DNA of 64,000 nt, from positions 575,319-639,318 of the forward strand of contig ML992512.1 in assembly GCA_010093995.1 (NCBI GenBank), given 5' to 3'. Below the pieces are notes generated by a model. The model made no database searches and was not told the DNA's origin. It saw nothing but the letters and a program-made list of their open reading frames with translations. Within the stretch, counting starts at the first letter, position 1. Every line of letters begins with the position of its first letter. The position numbers were made by a program, and so were the translations under genes. Below are positions 1 to 13,369 of the stretch, one piece after another. Source of the DNA: Elsinoe ampelina (taxonomy: Eukaryota).

Positions 1-2793
1 AGATTAGTAGCCTATCTAATAAATAGGACTCTACTTAAGAAGCTTAACTAGAAGACTCCCTTTAAGCTAGTTTATAGATGCCCTCTATTAATCTCCTATC
101 TTAGGCCAATTAGTTGTAAGGCCTATACACTAGATTATTATATTATAAGTAGTAATAAGCTTACACTAAGAGTACACATTAGTTATCTAGTTAGATATAA
201 CTTAACTAACATATTTAGGATCTTTATACTAGCCTTAAAGAAGGTTATTAGAACAAGGGATATTAGATTTAATAAGACTTAGTTCTATAAGCTAGAGGAA
301 CAACCTTAGCCTAGACTAATTAGACTACTTAATCTACTAAGACTTCTATAGGAAGTTAATAAAGCTAAAGGGATAGATAAAGTAAATCCAGTTTAGAATC
401 TAGTTTAGAATCTAGCTTAGAATCTAGTTTAGTAGATTCTAACTAAGGAACTAAATAATTATAGTTTATTATTATAGTTATAGGCTTAATAGGCTCTATT
501 ACTTCCACTAGATAATTATAGTTTACTATTATAGTTATAGACCCTAGAGCTGAACCTAGCTTAGATCTAGGAGGCTATATTACTAGAGTAGTTCTATAAT
601 GCTCTAGCCTCTCTACCCTTAATAGCTGTATAGCCTTTACCTCTATCTAAAGCTAAAACTATAAGGAGTGAGATAGAAGCCCTAGCTAAAGGGGTAACTA
701 AGGAGCCTAAACAGCCTAGAAGAAGGATTGCTATAAGGTTAGCTAACCTATTGCCTAAGTATATCCTTACTACAAGAAGGACTAGGAAACTAAGAAGGTA
801 GGCCTATATTGCTAGTCTTATATAGCCTTAGGAGACTCCTAGATATTATTAAGCTTTTAATGCTTATCTATTAATAAAGCTAATCTAGCTAAAGCTAGAA
901 CTAAGGGATAATCTACCTCTACTACTAGCTAACATTAGGGAGCTATAAGCTTATCCTTATAGGGAGTAATTCTAATAAGCAATAAAGGTAGAATTGCTTA
1001 CCCTCTATTTAAAAGACACTTAGACTATTATGCTTGTATCTTAAGCTATAGGGAAGCTAGTGCTACTAACCTAGGTCTTTATATATAAGACTAATAATAA
1101 AGGAGAAGTTATTAAACATAAGGTAAGGCTTTATATAAGGGGTAATCTTTAATCTATAGAATTAGAGACTTATATAGCTATATTAGCTACTAAGATTTTT
1201 AGAATGCTTATAGCCCTCCTTGCTTACAAGGATATAGAGGCTATCTAGATAGATGTTGTTAATGCTTATATTAATAGTCCTATTAATAAGACAACCTACT
1301 ATACTATTCTACCTAGATTTAAGCTTATACTAGAGGTGCTTATAAAGGACTATCCTAGTATAGTATTATCTAATATAATCCTCCTACTAAAGAAGGCACT
1401 CTATAGCCTTAAACAAGCACTAGCTCTCTAGTATATAGAATTTACTACTACACTAAAGAATCTTAGATTTACTTAGGCCCCTAAGGCTCTATGCCTCTAG
1501 CTAACTCCTAAGGTAATAATCTTCTTCTTTGTAGATAATATTACTATTATATACCTTAAGAAGTATAAGGGCAAGGCTAATACTATTATTATAGCCCTAT
1601 ATGCTAAGTATAAGATAAAGATGCTTAGAGATCTAAGCTAGTTCCTTGCTATCTAAGTTATAAGGGATAGGTCTATAAGGAAGCTATAGCTTAGCTAAGC
1701 CTAGTACTTACAATAGATATATAGCAAGTTTATTATAGAACTAACAAGGCTAGTATTAACACCTCTACTAGTTAAAATACTCTAGCCCTCTAAAGGCTAA
1801 GTATTACTATAGGAGATCTACCTATACTAGTAGAAGGTAGAATCTATTAACTTTATAGCAGTTATTACTAGGCCTAATATTGCCTTTGCTACTTCTAGAT
1901 TGTTAGAGTATCTAATAAATCCTTTACTAACATACTAAAGGCTAGCGAATAGAGTGATCTAGTATCTCTATAAGACTAGAGATCTAGCCCTTACCTTTAA
2001 TAGCTTAATACTACCACTAATCTTCTAAGCCTTATTAGATGCTAGCTTTAGAAGTTACCCTTTAAGGAAGAGCCTTTAAAGGTATCTATTTAAGCTATTC
2101 TAAGGCTCTATAGATTAGAAGGCTATAAAGCAGCTAACTATTACTACTTCTAGCATAGAGGCTAAACTACTTACTCTTATAGAGACTACTAAGTAAGCTA
2201 TATAGTAGAGGAGGCTAATAGCTACTATCTATCCACTAAGGAATATTAGCATTTAGTGTAACAACTAGCAAACTATTAGCCTTGTTACTAGTCTAATTAA
2301 GAAGCTTAATATACGCCTTTACTATGTTAATATCTATTATTACTAGCTAAGACAAGAGATTAATCTAGGAGGCTCTATCTCTATAGACTAGACTCCCTTA
2401 GTAGATATACTAGTAGATAGACTTACTAAGTCACTTCCTCTAGGGAGGTATAAGGCCTTCTTATAATAGCTATCCCTCGAGTTAGTAGTCTACTAACTAG
2501 CTATAATAGACTTATTGCTATTTAGTAAAGGGGTGTGTTAACCTTGGCAAGAGCTATAGTGCTAAGAAGGACCCTGATTTAGTGTACCTAAGGTTGAACT
2601 AAGCACTTATTAACAGTTACACCAATTCATGATCAATTTAGACAGTTATTGTCTTATTCTGTTAAAGCTTAGGAGTTCTATCAATTCAGTTATCTCTTAG
2701 TTTATCAGGTTGAGTATTTATATAGGGAGAATCCACCTAATTTTGGTGGATCAGGCAGTAATCAATCTCTTTCTCTCCCCACACAAGTCAACA
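1..2793 (+). mobile_element. Ty1/copia LTR retrotransposon, 3' portion (RT-RNase H plus 3' LTR), destroyed by RIP
   Basis: AT-rich with TpA excess. Reversing RIP changes gives copia motifs in order: QMDVVNAYIN (~1245), LKKALYGLKQA (~1390), FFFVDDI (~1525), TRPDIAFA (~1870), SDASF (~2040), TTSSTEAEL (~2145), CDNQQTI (~2258), MPADGLTK (~2410). A purine tract at 2527-2533 precedes the LTR. The 5' end lies outside the window. Confidence 0.95.
2536..2793 (+). repeat. 3' LTR of the copia element (~258 bp)
   Basis: Begins TGTTAA (RIP form of TGTTGA) just after the purine tract and ends TCAACA, its inverted complement. Normal GC content resumes immediately afterwards. Confidence 0.8.
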
Positions 2794-5700
2794 CTACATA
2801 CATGTCACGTGCCGTGTCACACAAAACCAGCTCCTTGCATGGTTGTCGGGCGTACCCTGCAAATTCTCGGGACATGCTGGCCAAGACCCCTATCTCGACC
2901 GTCTAGGTGGTCACTCTGCTTATCCGGATCGCCCAATAGCTCCCACAGTCCCGAGAGGATTTCTGGTCTGCATAGGACATCAAACTCCCTATCACGGTGA
3001 CTTGTATTTCCGTATGTGTATCATGCGTCAGTCTAGCTCGCGTGCGGCAGGTCTTGGCCAGAATGTCGTGCCACCTCTCGGAACAATCCAGTAGCCTTTG
3101 CGGCACGAAATGTGGGACAAGCGAGAGGAGCCGTTGCCGTAAGGACGCTGCAGGTGTGAAGTGCTGCAGAAGAGGGTACTGCATGTACCATATCTACCGC
3201 ACCTAACCCGCCTCGTTGCTGTTGATGATCGCACCATTCTGTGCCGTAAATCGCCCTGCCCGCTGTGCAGCACTGTATGTACCAGGCGCTCAGGCCGCCC
3301 GTGGCTGTTTCCAGATCGGAGTAAAGACCGCTGTAAGCAGGCGAGTCGTTACAAAACGGCAAGGTAGCGAGGTATGGGAGCATGTGATGAGCTCCGCGGA
3401 GCTGGGAGCCTGGTTGGACGTGTTCGTTGGGCAGAGGGATAGGGGAGTTGATTTCCGGACTCCTCGGTGGCTTGCCTGGGCGCTGTGGGCCGTCACGGAT
3501 GAGCCTTGGTGCCAAAAGCAAGGTTCCCCTTCTGGGCCTCGCGAGAACCATGTGCATTGTGCAATGACGTGAGTCGGGCGTCGATGCATTGGTCAAGGTC
3601 ATCGCCATGGACCAGGGGAAGCCCATTGGTGCCCTCATGTGGATTGTGCAAGTGACTTTCTCTGCCCTGTTTGAATGTATTATAGTGCGGCGTGGTGCGT
3701 CTAGACCCTTGAATAGCCAGGCCTTCTCATGTTCGTCTGCCCTAAGCATGCTCAACGTGTTGATGAGGTCTGCCGACAGCGAGACGACTGATCTGAACTC
3801 GATGCGTGTCCTGCTACGCCGTGCATTGTACACGAACACTGAGTAAGCGAAGCTTTCCGTCACTGTGCGCAATAATCCCGGAGGAAATACATCTCGTCGT
3901 TACCATACTGAAGTTACGTACCCGTGCCGCCCTGAGACATTCCCGGTCTCACAATTTCCCCGTTGAGTGTTGTTGCTTGTGGCTTTTCAAGCAGTACCCA
4001 CAAGTGACCTGTTACAGTACTCCCAGTGGCGTATTTCCCTCCAAGTTCGGCCAAACGCCGGCACATTGGTGTGTGGTCATTGTTCCATTGCCCGACCATA
4101 ACCATTAACGGTGTAGCGTATCAACGTCTCGTATTGATGCATATGCAGGTCGAGAGCGGCGTCTAATTATTACCGAATGTCTTGACTTTTGGTACACTAA
4201 TCCTAGGGTCCGGGATGGCGAGAACAACCACACGAACGAGAATATGTGATATGTAGCAGGCGTTGAAAAACTCCATGGATGTTATGGAAGCATGATAGAG
4301 TGGGTTATATGACCGAGCCCTATCTGCATGGCGGTGTGTCAACCATGGTTGACACAACTTGACGGTGCGGGTGAACGGTTGAACATGTCACTGTTCCTCC
4401 AGGTCTGGCTTCAAGCATCGCAGGAGAGCTGCAGGCAATGGTGGAGGCCAAGACAACGCATTCGTCTCTTGCCGCAAATTTGAGGTCTTGCTTACAATCT
4501 ACTCATCGACGCAGAGAATCCACGGAGCTCGATGTGACCCTTCAGATGGATCGCAAGGCCGGTGTTGATCATGCTTGCAGTTCCCGAGACGCCACGCAGC
4601 ACATCGATGCCGCCGCTGAAGCCATCTATACGTTGCGGTGTCATTCATGATGTACAGTGAGTTGCATGGCTACATTTTTATCTTGGTGATGCCACCCTGC
4701 GACAGCGATGATCACTAGCGTCCAAAGCTGCACAACAGGTTCAAGGTCCACAGTACTGGAGTTTTAGCGCCGCTGCACTTCTGCAGATCTCCCTCAAATC
4801 CGCTTTGTTGCAGCGGTATCGAAAGACAAATCCAAGCCACGAATGGAAGGCAAGCGGAGAGCCCCGTCGAGATTCTGCGTTGGCATCCGTGAATGATCTG
4901 CTGCTGATCCACGCATATCAGGCGTCCTCGAGGAGCGTTCTCCAGTATCATAGATTTGATAGAGTGCTGCAGCACGATGATCAGTCCCAGCAAGGCATGC
5001 CGGTCATGTTCCTTGTTGTCAGGGCCAGCATGCGGCGTGGGTTCGTGCATGCCGTAGCAGACCAGCCAAGGTCACGCGATGTCAATGTTACTTTTCCATG
5101 AAGCTCCATCGTGGTCGATCGGCAAGCGCTGCCTTGGAGACTCATAGCGTTACAGGATCATCATCAGTTGGACGAGTGTCAAATCAGCAGGATGGCCAAG
5201 ATGGCTGTCCAAATTGATTGCGGGCGTTAAGATTGTGATCATTGATAGGCAAGGCGAAAGCAGCCGAGAGGAAATCAAGGGTAAATTCTGCCTATTTCGC
5301 CGCACTAATTTTCAAGTTGTGAAAAGAGCCGAAACCTTCGCAGGTGGCTTGCGCAGAACGGGGAGTAGGTTTTGAGAGAGTGGGTAGGTCAAGCATGGAA
5401 GAGGCGTGAACTTTGAAGCGGCGGACGTCGTTGGCCGTACGGAACGCGCCGTCGCTGGGGCATGTCAAGCGAGGTCTGCATGGCGCTTTTTGCCCAGAGA
5501 GCGGAACTATGCGCCCCTTTGCCGTGGCGTGGATTGTCGGTGAGGAGCTGGTGGCCTGCGGCATACTCTGTCGCATGTGATACGAGCGTGATGACTTGGT
5601 CTGTCTGAGGTTGTTGACCACCAGGATCAACTGTTAGGAGAGGAAGGGCAGTATCAGATTGTGCCAACCACGTCAAGATCTTCGATGCCGCGACGCTCCG

Positions 5701-7260
5701 AAGAGTCGCAATCTAGCATGCGGTTTCGTTGGGTCAAGGGTGGGCGACAAGGTTTCGGCGGTCGGAATAATCCACACGTGGAGTCCCTCGTTCGGCAAGC
5801 AGATTGAAAGCCTCTTGTGCTTGGGGCTGACCGAGCCGAGAAGGAACGCCCGCCGCGGCGTGACGAGCAGGTGGGTCACTCGGTCTGGCTGGCGAATCAC
5901 TCCTGCAATCAATATTCGGGGTGGTCGGGGTCCTCGAGCGAGACCCCATGTCTATTCCTCCAAGCAAGGACGAGGCTCAAGAACTCTGCATGGCAATTCG
6001 GCAATGATCCCCGCAGTTCCAGAGACAAACCATGCACCTGGTTGTTTTGCGGGAGCCATGTTGGGCCAAGTCGACTGGGCTTGAATGCCGGTCCCACTGA
6101 TTACCCTGCAACGTTGTGTGGTGCGAGATGCAACTTGCCGATGGCCATTCGCAGTCAAGAGAACCAAGAGCAATATCGTCGAGACGACCGTGGCTGACTG
6201 GCGTGGCAAGGGTTGCCTCTGGTTCGACGCAGCTCAAAACCTTGACGAGTCCAGCGTACCCTGTCAGGCCTGAGCATGATCGCGGCAACGTCGCGGAGAT
6301 TGTCTGCTTCTCAAAGTTAGGGTAAAGAATAGGCTGACGTGTATCTCGACAAGACCGATCGCGTTTTTTTTTAAGCGACACGGGAAACTGCCTTGTGATC
6401 GAGATCAAGAAACGACAAGGCAGAAAGGATGTTTGTTCACCTTGCGAAGGGTGTGGCATCCATTTTGGACCCAATCCAGCCGACGCGAAATTTGATACCT
6501 GCGCGGCGTCGGTAGCAGGTACCGAAAAGCAACACGCCACACCAACAAACAGGCCTTGAAGAGTATGGGGAAGATATGGCTGCTGACGGATATGCATCAC
6601 ACGTTTTCTTGCTAGTGTGGTTGCTCGATTGGATTAAGCTCTACTGCAGTGGCTGCCGATCACAACGCTCCGCGGAGCTGAGAACGGGCCGGATCCTCTA
6701 CATGATGATGCGGGATCTGACCGTTACAGGGATGCCAGGAATGAACCCCTCATAATACAATCTACCGATGCTGCATGGCCGCGCGGTATGTACTGTCTCC
6801 AAACAAACGACTGTTGCGCTCACAGGCTATCTGGCCCTGTGCCGACCGTGCTTCGTTGCGTCCCTACAAGTTGTGATGAAATCGCTCACGATGTGGCGCC
6901 TTCTGGACCTCCACACCGTTTCATGGTATATCCGAAAAAGCAGGGAAAAGAGAGTAATTCTATGCGGCTGCCTGGGTTCGTACGACTCGACTCTGCTGTT
7001 CCGAGGAGGTCGGGCAGACCGCGCGTGAATCAAACGTGTGCCTTGAACTGTACAGATCATCGAATGAAGGGAACTGTGCCGTGATCCGAGTTCCATCTCC
7101 TACGGTATGCGTATTGGGCCCGCGGTGGTAAACATGCCCAAGGAACCAATCGTGGGCTTTGAGTGTGACATGTGCACCAGCACAGTTCTGAAACTCGACT
7201 GTCGATCCAGAAAACGTGATGTGCGTTTGCAAGCAAAAGTGCTCAAGTGACGGGTGCGAC

Positions 7261-9952
7261 TCAGCCCCGTAGTGCATGGAGATACTCCTTGGCTTCAACC
7301 CCGTAAATCAGATCGTACTCGGCACCATAAACTTTAAGGAATGGTTCCCTGCAACGCCAACCTTGATCGTCGACAAGAATAATGTTTGGTGGTGGGTGCT
7401 CGTGGTTTTGGAACAATGATTGCAGTTCCGTGAGTCGTTGCTCGACATGGCTTAGCTGGATCTTGGCAAAAGGCCAAACATGGCCGATTGTCTTGATGAT
7501 GGTGAAGCCGTCCATCACAGCAGTCAGAAGCCCTCGGAGATCCCTGAAGAGACCGCCAGCGCTGATCGTATCGATCGCGTTGTAGACTGCTGTGGCAAAG
7601 AAGGGAGAGATCAGATCTTGCAAGGACTGTCCCTCTGGCAGGTTTTGACCGAAGGTGCACAGTGTCTGGGCGAGGTGAAGCAATTGGCGCGCGCTGTGAT
7701 TGGCTTGCTGAATATTCCTTGAAATGGTATTGCGATCCAAAAGTTGATGCCTGGCGTACCGGCACGAGCGCACTACTGCTGTGTGATAGAGAGAAGACAT
7801 TGCGGTGACTATGCCAGTCACTTCGTTCTTCATTGCTTTGTTGAGGCTGATGTCGCTTATGTGGAGATCGGACGGCAGGCCTGCGAACCATCTCCCGAGT
7901 TGCTCTTCTGTGTTTCGGAAAAAGATTTCGTACTCTCGCGCGTATAAAGCCGTTGCCCTGTAAGAGTGTGGGGTGATGAATTGGTCAACATATCCACTAA
8001 TTCGGCAGACGTTGTAGATTTGTGCAGCGGGTGAGGCATTCTCACGCCCGGGACTGCTCATGCCATAAGCAGGTGTGATCGAAGTTTCAAAGAATTGTGC
8101 TCTTGAAGGTGCGCCGTTCTCAAAGTCGTTGTCGGGACAAGGTAGCCGCAAATATATCATATCGTTGGGCATTGAACTGTAGGCGTGCGCATAGACTCCT
8201 GTTTGTCTATCCAGGAGCAGCGCGGACCAGAAAGTCCTTCTCTTGCACTCCGTCAGTTGATCACGATTCATGCCGAAGATGGCGGTCTCCGAGTCAGTCG
8301 CTACACATCCTTCTTCGGTATTCATCCCCGTCACCTTGAGTGTATGCATGGCTCCAGCGTAGAATTCGGAAGCGAGTGTATCCCGTCCCTTGGCATAATG
8401 ATAAATGCATAGCAGCATTCTCGATTGCGCGAGGGCCAGACTGAACTTTCCCAACCGTGTCGCGACACCCAGGGACGCTTTCTCCGCGCAGGTCTGCGCA
8501 AAAGTGGACTTGTCCTTTGAAATAGCGCCGCCGAGCGCCAACATACTGAGCAGCACCATTCGTTCATCACTGCTCTTACGAGTGTTCGTCGTCAACCAAT
8601 TCCGGAAAGTCTGCTTAGGAAAGAGGATGTTGCAAGAATTGATGGACTGTGCAAAGAAGGCCGCGACAAGACGAATTGTGTCCTCCTTGTTAGCCTCGTA
8701 AGGATCCATGTCCCAGCCAGAATCCTCACGGACCCCAGAAGGTGGAAAGCTATCGCTCGATGTATCAGACTCGGTCTTGATCCGTGATATCTCCCTCTGC
8801 ATCTCGCCATTACTGTGAGGGTTGTACCGATGTTCCATGGAAGAATTGCCGAGCTTTGGCCTGACCGAGAAATTCCGAATGGTGTCTTGTGGTGAAGTTG
8901 AGCCCCCCAGCTCATCGGACCTACGTCGCTTCGAGGGATAGTGGTTCCGGCCGAAGTCGGTCGGATTCGATTCAGTTGGAGAATGCCGATTAGGAGCAGG
9001 CGACAGCGCGGGCAGACCGGAAGCATTTGTTGAGGATAAGGGTGTATCCTGGGGTTGCTGACCAGTCGGCCTATGATGCGTCAGTGCTTGTGTGATCGTG
9101 CTCGCCGACAGACATACATGATGCACTCGCGTTTCGACTTCTCGCACTGCAGGCATCGAGGCTGTCGAGGTTCACAGCGAATCTTCTTCTCGCGACAATT
9201 TCTGCAAGTGTCAGTGTTGAATTCATCGCTGATCGTGACAGGAGCCCTACAAGCATGCCTGAGCCAGCCTTTTTCTGGCTTTACCCGCTTTGGTCGTGCC
9301 CCAGAGGGGATTGACGACCTATCAGTCATGTCAGATTGACGAGACCTTCCTCGGAGTCCAAGTCACGTACCTCTCCATCGATGACTGTGGGACAACTATC
9401 ACCATTGCTGAAGACATAGCACAGGCCGCGACCTGGGAAATGTTGCTGGCCAACGCATTCTATGTTGCTGGTCGAGTAAGTGGAATTTGATCTGGCTGAG
9501 TCACGACGCTGTTCCTCAGATCCGTCACCATGGTGGACAGAGAGCGAGCCGCGATAATCCGAGCCGATGGGTATTGAGAGTCGTTGCCCTACCGGAGGAT
9601 AAGTTTGTGGCGGATGCACATTCGGAGGAATTGAATGGTTAGTGTTGATGCCGTAGAAAGCATTGCTCGGGCGTGCTGGGGTTTGCTCAGCCGAGAAGCT
9701 CGGTCGACCTGGTAATGCCTGGGAATGGCCAGGTTGCCATGATTGTGGAGGAGGTGGAGGAGCAAAGGTCGTGGGTGATTGATAGCTGCCCGGATGTGAA
9801 CGACCCAAGGTGTTAGACAGAGATGGAAATCTGCCAGGCGCAGAGTTGTCGTGCCTCAGACTCGGGGACAACAATTCGTGAAGACCAGGCAGCGTCCTGT
9901 TGGATGTGTCCTTTCCGTTGACCGGATGGGACGCTGCTGATGTTGTGGACAT
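7261..9952 (-). CDS. Zn(II)2Cys6 transcription factor with fungal TF middle-homology region, 4 exons
   Basis: Splicing 9952-9371, 9318-9251, ~9202-9119 and ~9070-7261 at GT..CTGAC..YAG introns gives CPTVIDGE/VVNPLWGTTKAGKARKRLAQACL/NCREKKIRCEPRQPRCLQCEKSKREC, and later ECKRRTFWSALLLDR. Confidence 0.93.
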
Positions 9953-12900
9953 GTGCAGCGATTGGAGCTAGCACTTCGGATGTGATTCTCGTACAAGTCG
10001 TTGGATAAAAAGTCAATTATGTGTCGAAGCTGGAAGGAGGAGAGATGACAGTGCCGGAACATGCGCAGCTAGTTCGGGCGAAAGTCGAGCATAGAGCTGT
10101 GACTGCAGGAGCGAGGTGACAGGCGATGGGCATGCCTTACCCGCAGTGCAGCACGGGCGACGTTCCCTAGTTCTACTGTGGTTGACGGAGAGGAAAGAAG
10201 CAACAAAGCTTGCCAACCAGGAACCCAAGGAATGCCAAACGGCTACCCGACGGAGTCCCACCAGCAAGTGCAGCGACGTTGAAGAGTAGGCGAGCTGGAC
10301 GGCAACTCAAATTGACATCCGAGCTTAGTTGCATGTAGCGGCTCGTCAGCTGAAAGCTGTTTTGTTGGCGCAGAACGGGCACAGGAATGGTGTGTTTGTC
10401 CGAGATGCGGCGCAGTGGTGGGTCCCCGGTAACAAGAGGATGAGGTGTGAGTGGGTGTCTGGCACGCAGTTGGGAGGTACAGTACTTAGTATAGTACTTG
10501 TGCAAAACGTACGGGACGGCAAGGAGAGTGAAGGGGGAGGGTGCCTTGCGATCTTTGGTGTAAAGATCGATTCGAACGAGGAGGCGAGTAAGCAGGGTCA
10601 GGTGCCCGTGACCTATTGACGATGGAGTCGCAGCCGAAAGAGGATCTTGTTCCGCGGTGGTTGACGATTGGGAAGCAATGACACGCGCCGAACTGTGGAT
10701 GGGCACGGCAGGTATGTGAACCGGTGTGATGGGGCTAGTGTTGTGGAAGGACGGAGAGAAGGGAAGAAGACGAAGATCGAGTCCGTATCGAGGGCACAAA
10801 GATGGCAGATGATAGCCCCGCGGACGTGACAACCATCAGGTACGGAGCACGACTACCGCAAGTGATGGTCCGCGGTGGCCAGGAGCCAGGGAGCCAGGGA
10901 GGCAGCCAGGGGTGCCGAAGAGGTGTGGCTGCGGGTTTTGACAGGCGAGAGCTTTTTTCTCCAACAGGCACAAGAAAACCAATTTGATGGAAATAACAAT
11001 TTAGAAAAATAGGGTCGGCAAGCCGGCCTTGCTTTGGCATATGCCGCGGAAACGGAGACCACCTCCTTCGACAGCGTCCCCACAGGCCGCGCAGATCGAC
11101 CAGCTGCACGCTACTGCACAAGGTGAAGTGTATGCGTGTAATGGGGTCCAAAGTTTGGAGCCTCTTAGAGTGCTTCTGCGTGGGAAAAGGGACTTTCCGG
11201 CCCGCCTCTTTCGTACCGAGAGCGATCCATTGTCCATGTCTGGCCTAGTGAGGTACGAAACGCACCTTTTCCGTCCTGCATCAACTCTGCCGATGCTGCA
11301 ACGGCACTGCTTGACGACGGGCGGAGATGAGCAATCCCAGAGTCTGTATTTCAAACTCGTACAGCTTCCGACAAGCACCTGTAAGGCCCTGCCCATCCCG
11401 CTGATCATTGATCTCGGCTCGTCCGTCCGAGGAGTAGCACCTTGCTCTGTCTCCCAAGAGCAAGATCCCAGCCGTGCCGTGCTAGTGGTGTCATGAGAGG
11501 CTCCCTTGTGGATGGGCGGCATCGTCGATAATTTACCAAAGGCGGGTCACGCCCCGCGGTGCAGGGCATGGCAGTGATGGCATGGCACCCGGTGCGCCTC
11601 ATGTTCACTCGCCCAAGGCTAAGGGACCGCCGTGTCGATCTCCTGTCATTCCCATTCCTCGCCACTCTTTGGCTTTTGACCGGTCCATGCGCGACTCGCT
11701 ACGCCCGACTTGACGCACATTCTGCCGTGAGCTTAAACCAAATAATTGACAGAAGCCGAGACAGCTTCGGGATCTAATCTGATCAGCGCCCTGGTCAAGC
11801 AAATCGTTTCCTCGATCCCTTGCTCGACGCCGGACGGTCGATAATTGCTCCGCTTGCTGCTTATCATGCAACCTTCTCCGCATGAGCACTCGTGGTTCAG
11901 ACGGGTCAGCCACGTGTTGGTTCACGCCGCGCAGAGCCAGCGCAGGACATGTCGCTTGTCGGCGCCCTGACTCGCCAGCCTCGGTCTTAGCGAGACAAAG
12001 TCTTGTCGACCTCGATGCCGATTGAGATGGCTGTGGGGTTCTCCGAATAACTTAGGCTCAACGTCGGTTGGAGCCCGTAGGCTACCGTGCCACTAAAATG
12101 CATAACGGAAATTGAGGGGCGTGGCCTTTATCACGGCCTTGTCCTCTAATAATTCGATTAGACTCTTGAACGCATTCAACTGACGTTGCGTAATCCTCAG
12201 AGGTTGTTGCTGTCTCGCTGCTGCAAGGTTTGATCCGTCGGAAAATCCTCCTACAGTATCTGCCCGGGTATTACCCTGACAAAGCCGGAAGTCGTGTCTC
12301 TGCTGTGTGCAGAAGCTCATGATTGCCATACAAGCTTTGTGGCAAGCTCGTGCATGGCAGACACTCTTGCTTGTCATCCTCGCAAGATCGGCCGAGGCCG
12401 CATGACAGGGACATGGCTTTGAAAGATACAGAGCTGTCAGAGGTCCATGTTCCTTTTAGACATTGTCGCAAGGGTCTCCTAGCTCAGCTTCGATTGGTGG
12501 ACACCTGCTCAATTTGCCCCAGTGTTCCCACTCAGGCAGTTCCTCGCAAGGAGCCCTGCATGCATCTCTCGGAGACATGTCGACCGAGTGAGGGCCGATG
12601 TGATCTTCAAGACCGCTCGACGCTCGCCTCACCGATCATGAGTTACTTTAGGGTGGACCTGCGCCAATGGGACCGAGCATTCGAAAGTAGCCGAAGCCCA
12701 GCCCCAGTGATCGTGCGGGAAAGCAAACTGACTACCGACATTATCCACCAGGTCATTCCCGCCTGTGCCGTTCTGCTCTCTCCGCCGCCGACGACGTGGT
12801 GCGGAATAGCAAGTCGTCCGGGTGTCCTGTTGCATTTGGTAGCGACCGCGGCCTTGACTCCGTCCCACCGAGCCGTGTCGTTGCGTCAGGCCTCTCCCGT

Positions 12901-13369
12901 GTCTCTCGCCTAGAACAGTCACATCGCATTCATGATTCCCCTGAGACGGCCTGGTTGATGAGGTGCCGTTAGTCCGCGGCAGCCACAGTCCACGAACAGC
13001 TAACCCCCTCTCTGAATCCTTATCCGACTGTCACGGCGATTCCGGTCTACAATAGCTCATGCAACGGGAGAGGCATCGACCTGGTTGTCTCCACATGTAC
13101 TGTATACACCGTGCCATGGTGGCGTAATTCCGGCGTCTACCCGCACTTTCCACAATGCTCTTTCGAGTCAGTCTGCATGCAATTCCTCAAGGCGACGCGA
13201 TGTGTCAAGCAAGGCGCTTGTCTGTCGGGCTATTCAAGGCACCATCAACGAGGTGAGAGAGGCCGGTCAACGTCCGCCATGTGCGTGATTAATGGGTTTT
13301 GCCGTGTTGCAGGCGGCAAGGGATGATGACAGTGCAATGGTATCATCCACACTTGATTTAGGTATACCG

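Noticed and set aside
3033..3872. 279-aa minus-strand ORF
   Set aside because: No recognisable motif and no clear ATG or codon bias; not supportable as a CDS.
6700..6722. ATGATGA...CTGA resembling snoRNA C/D boxes
   Set aside because: The boxes are too close together, with no terminal stem or guide sequence identified.
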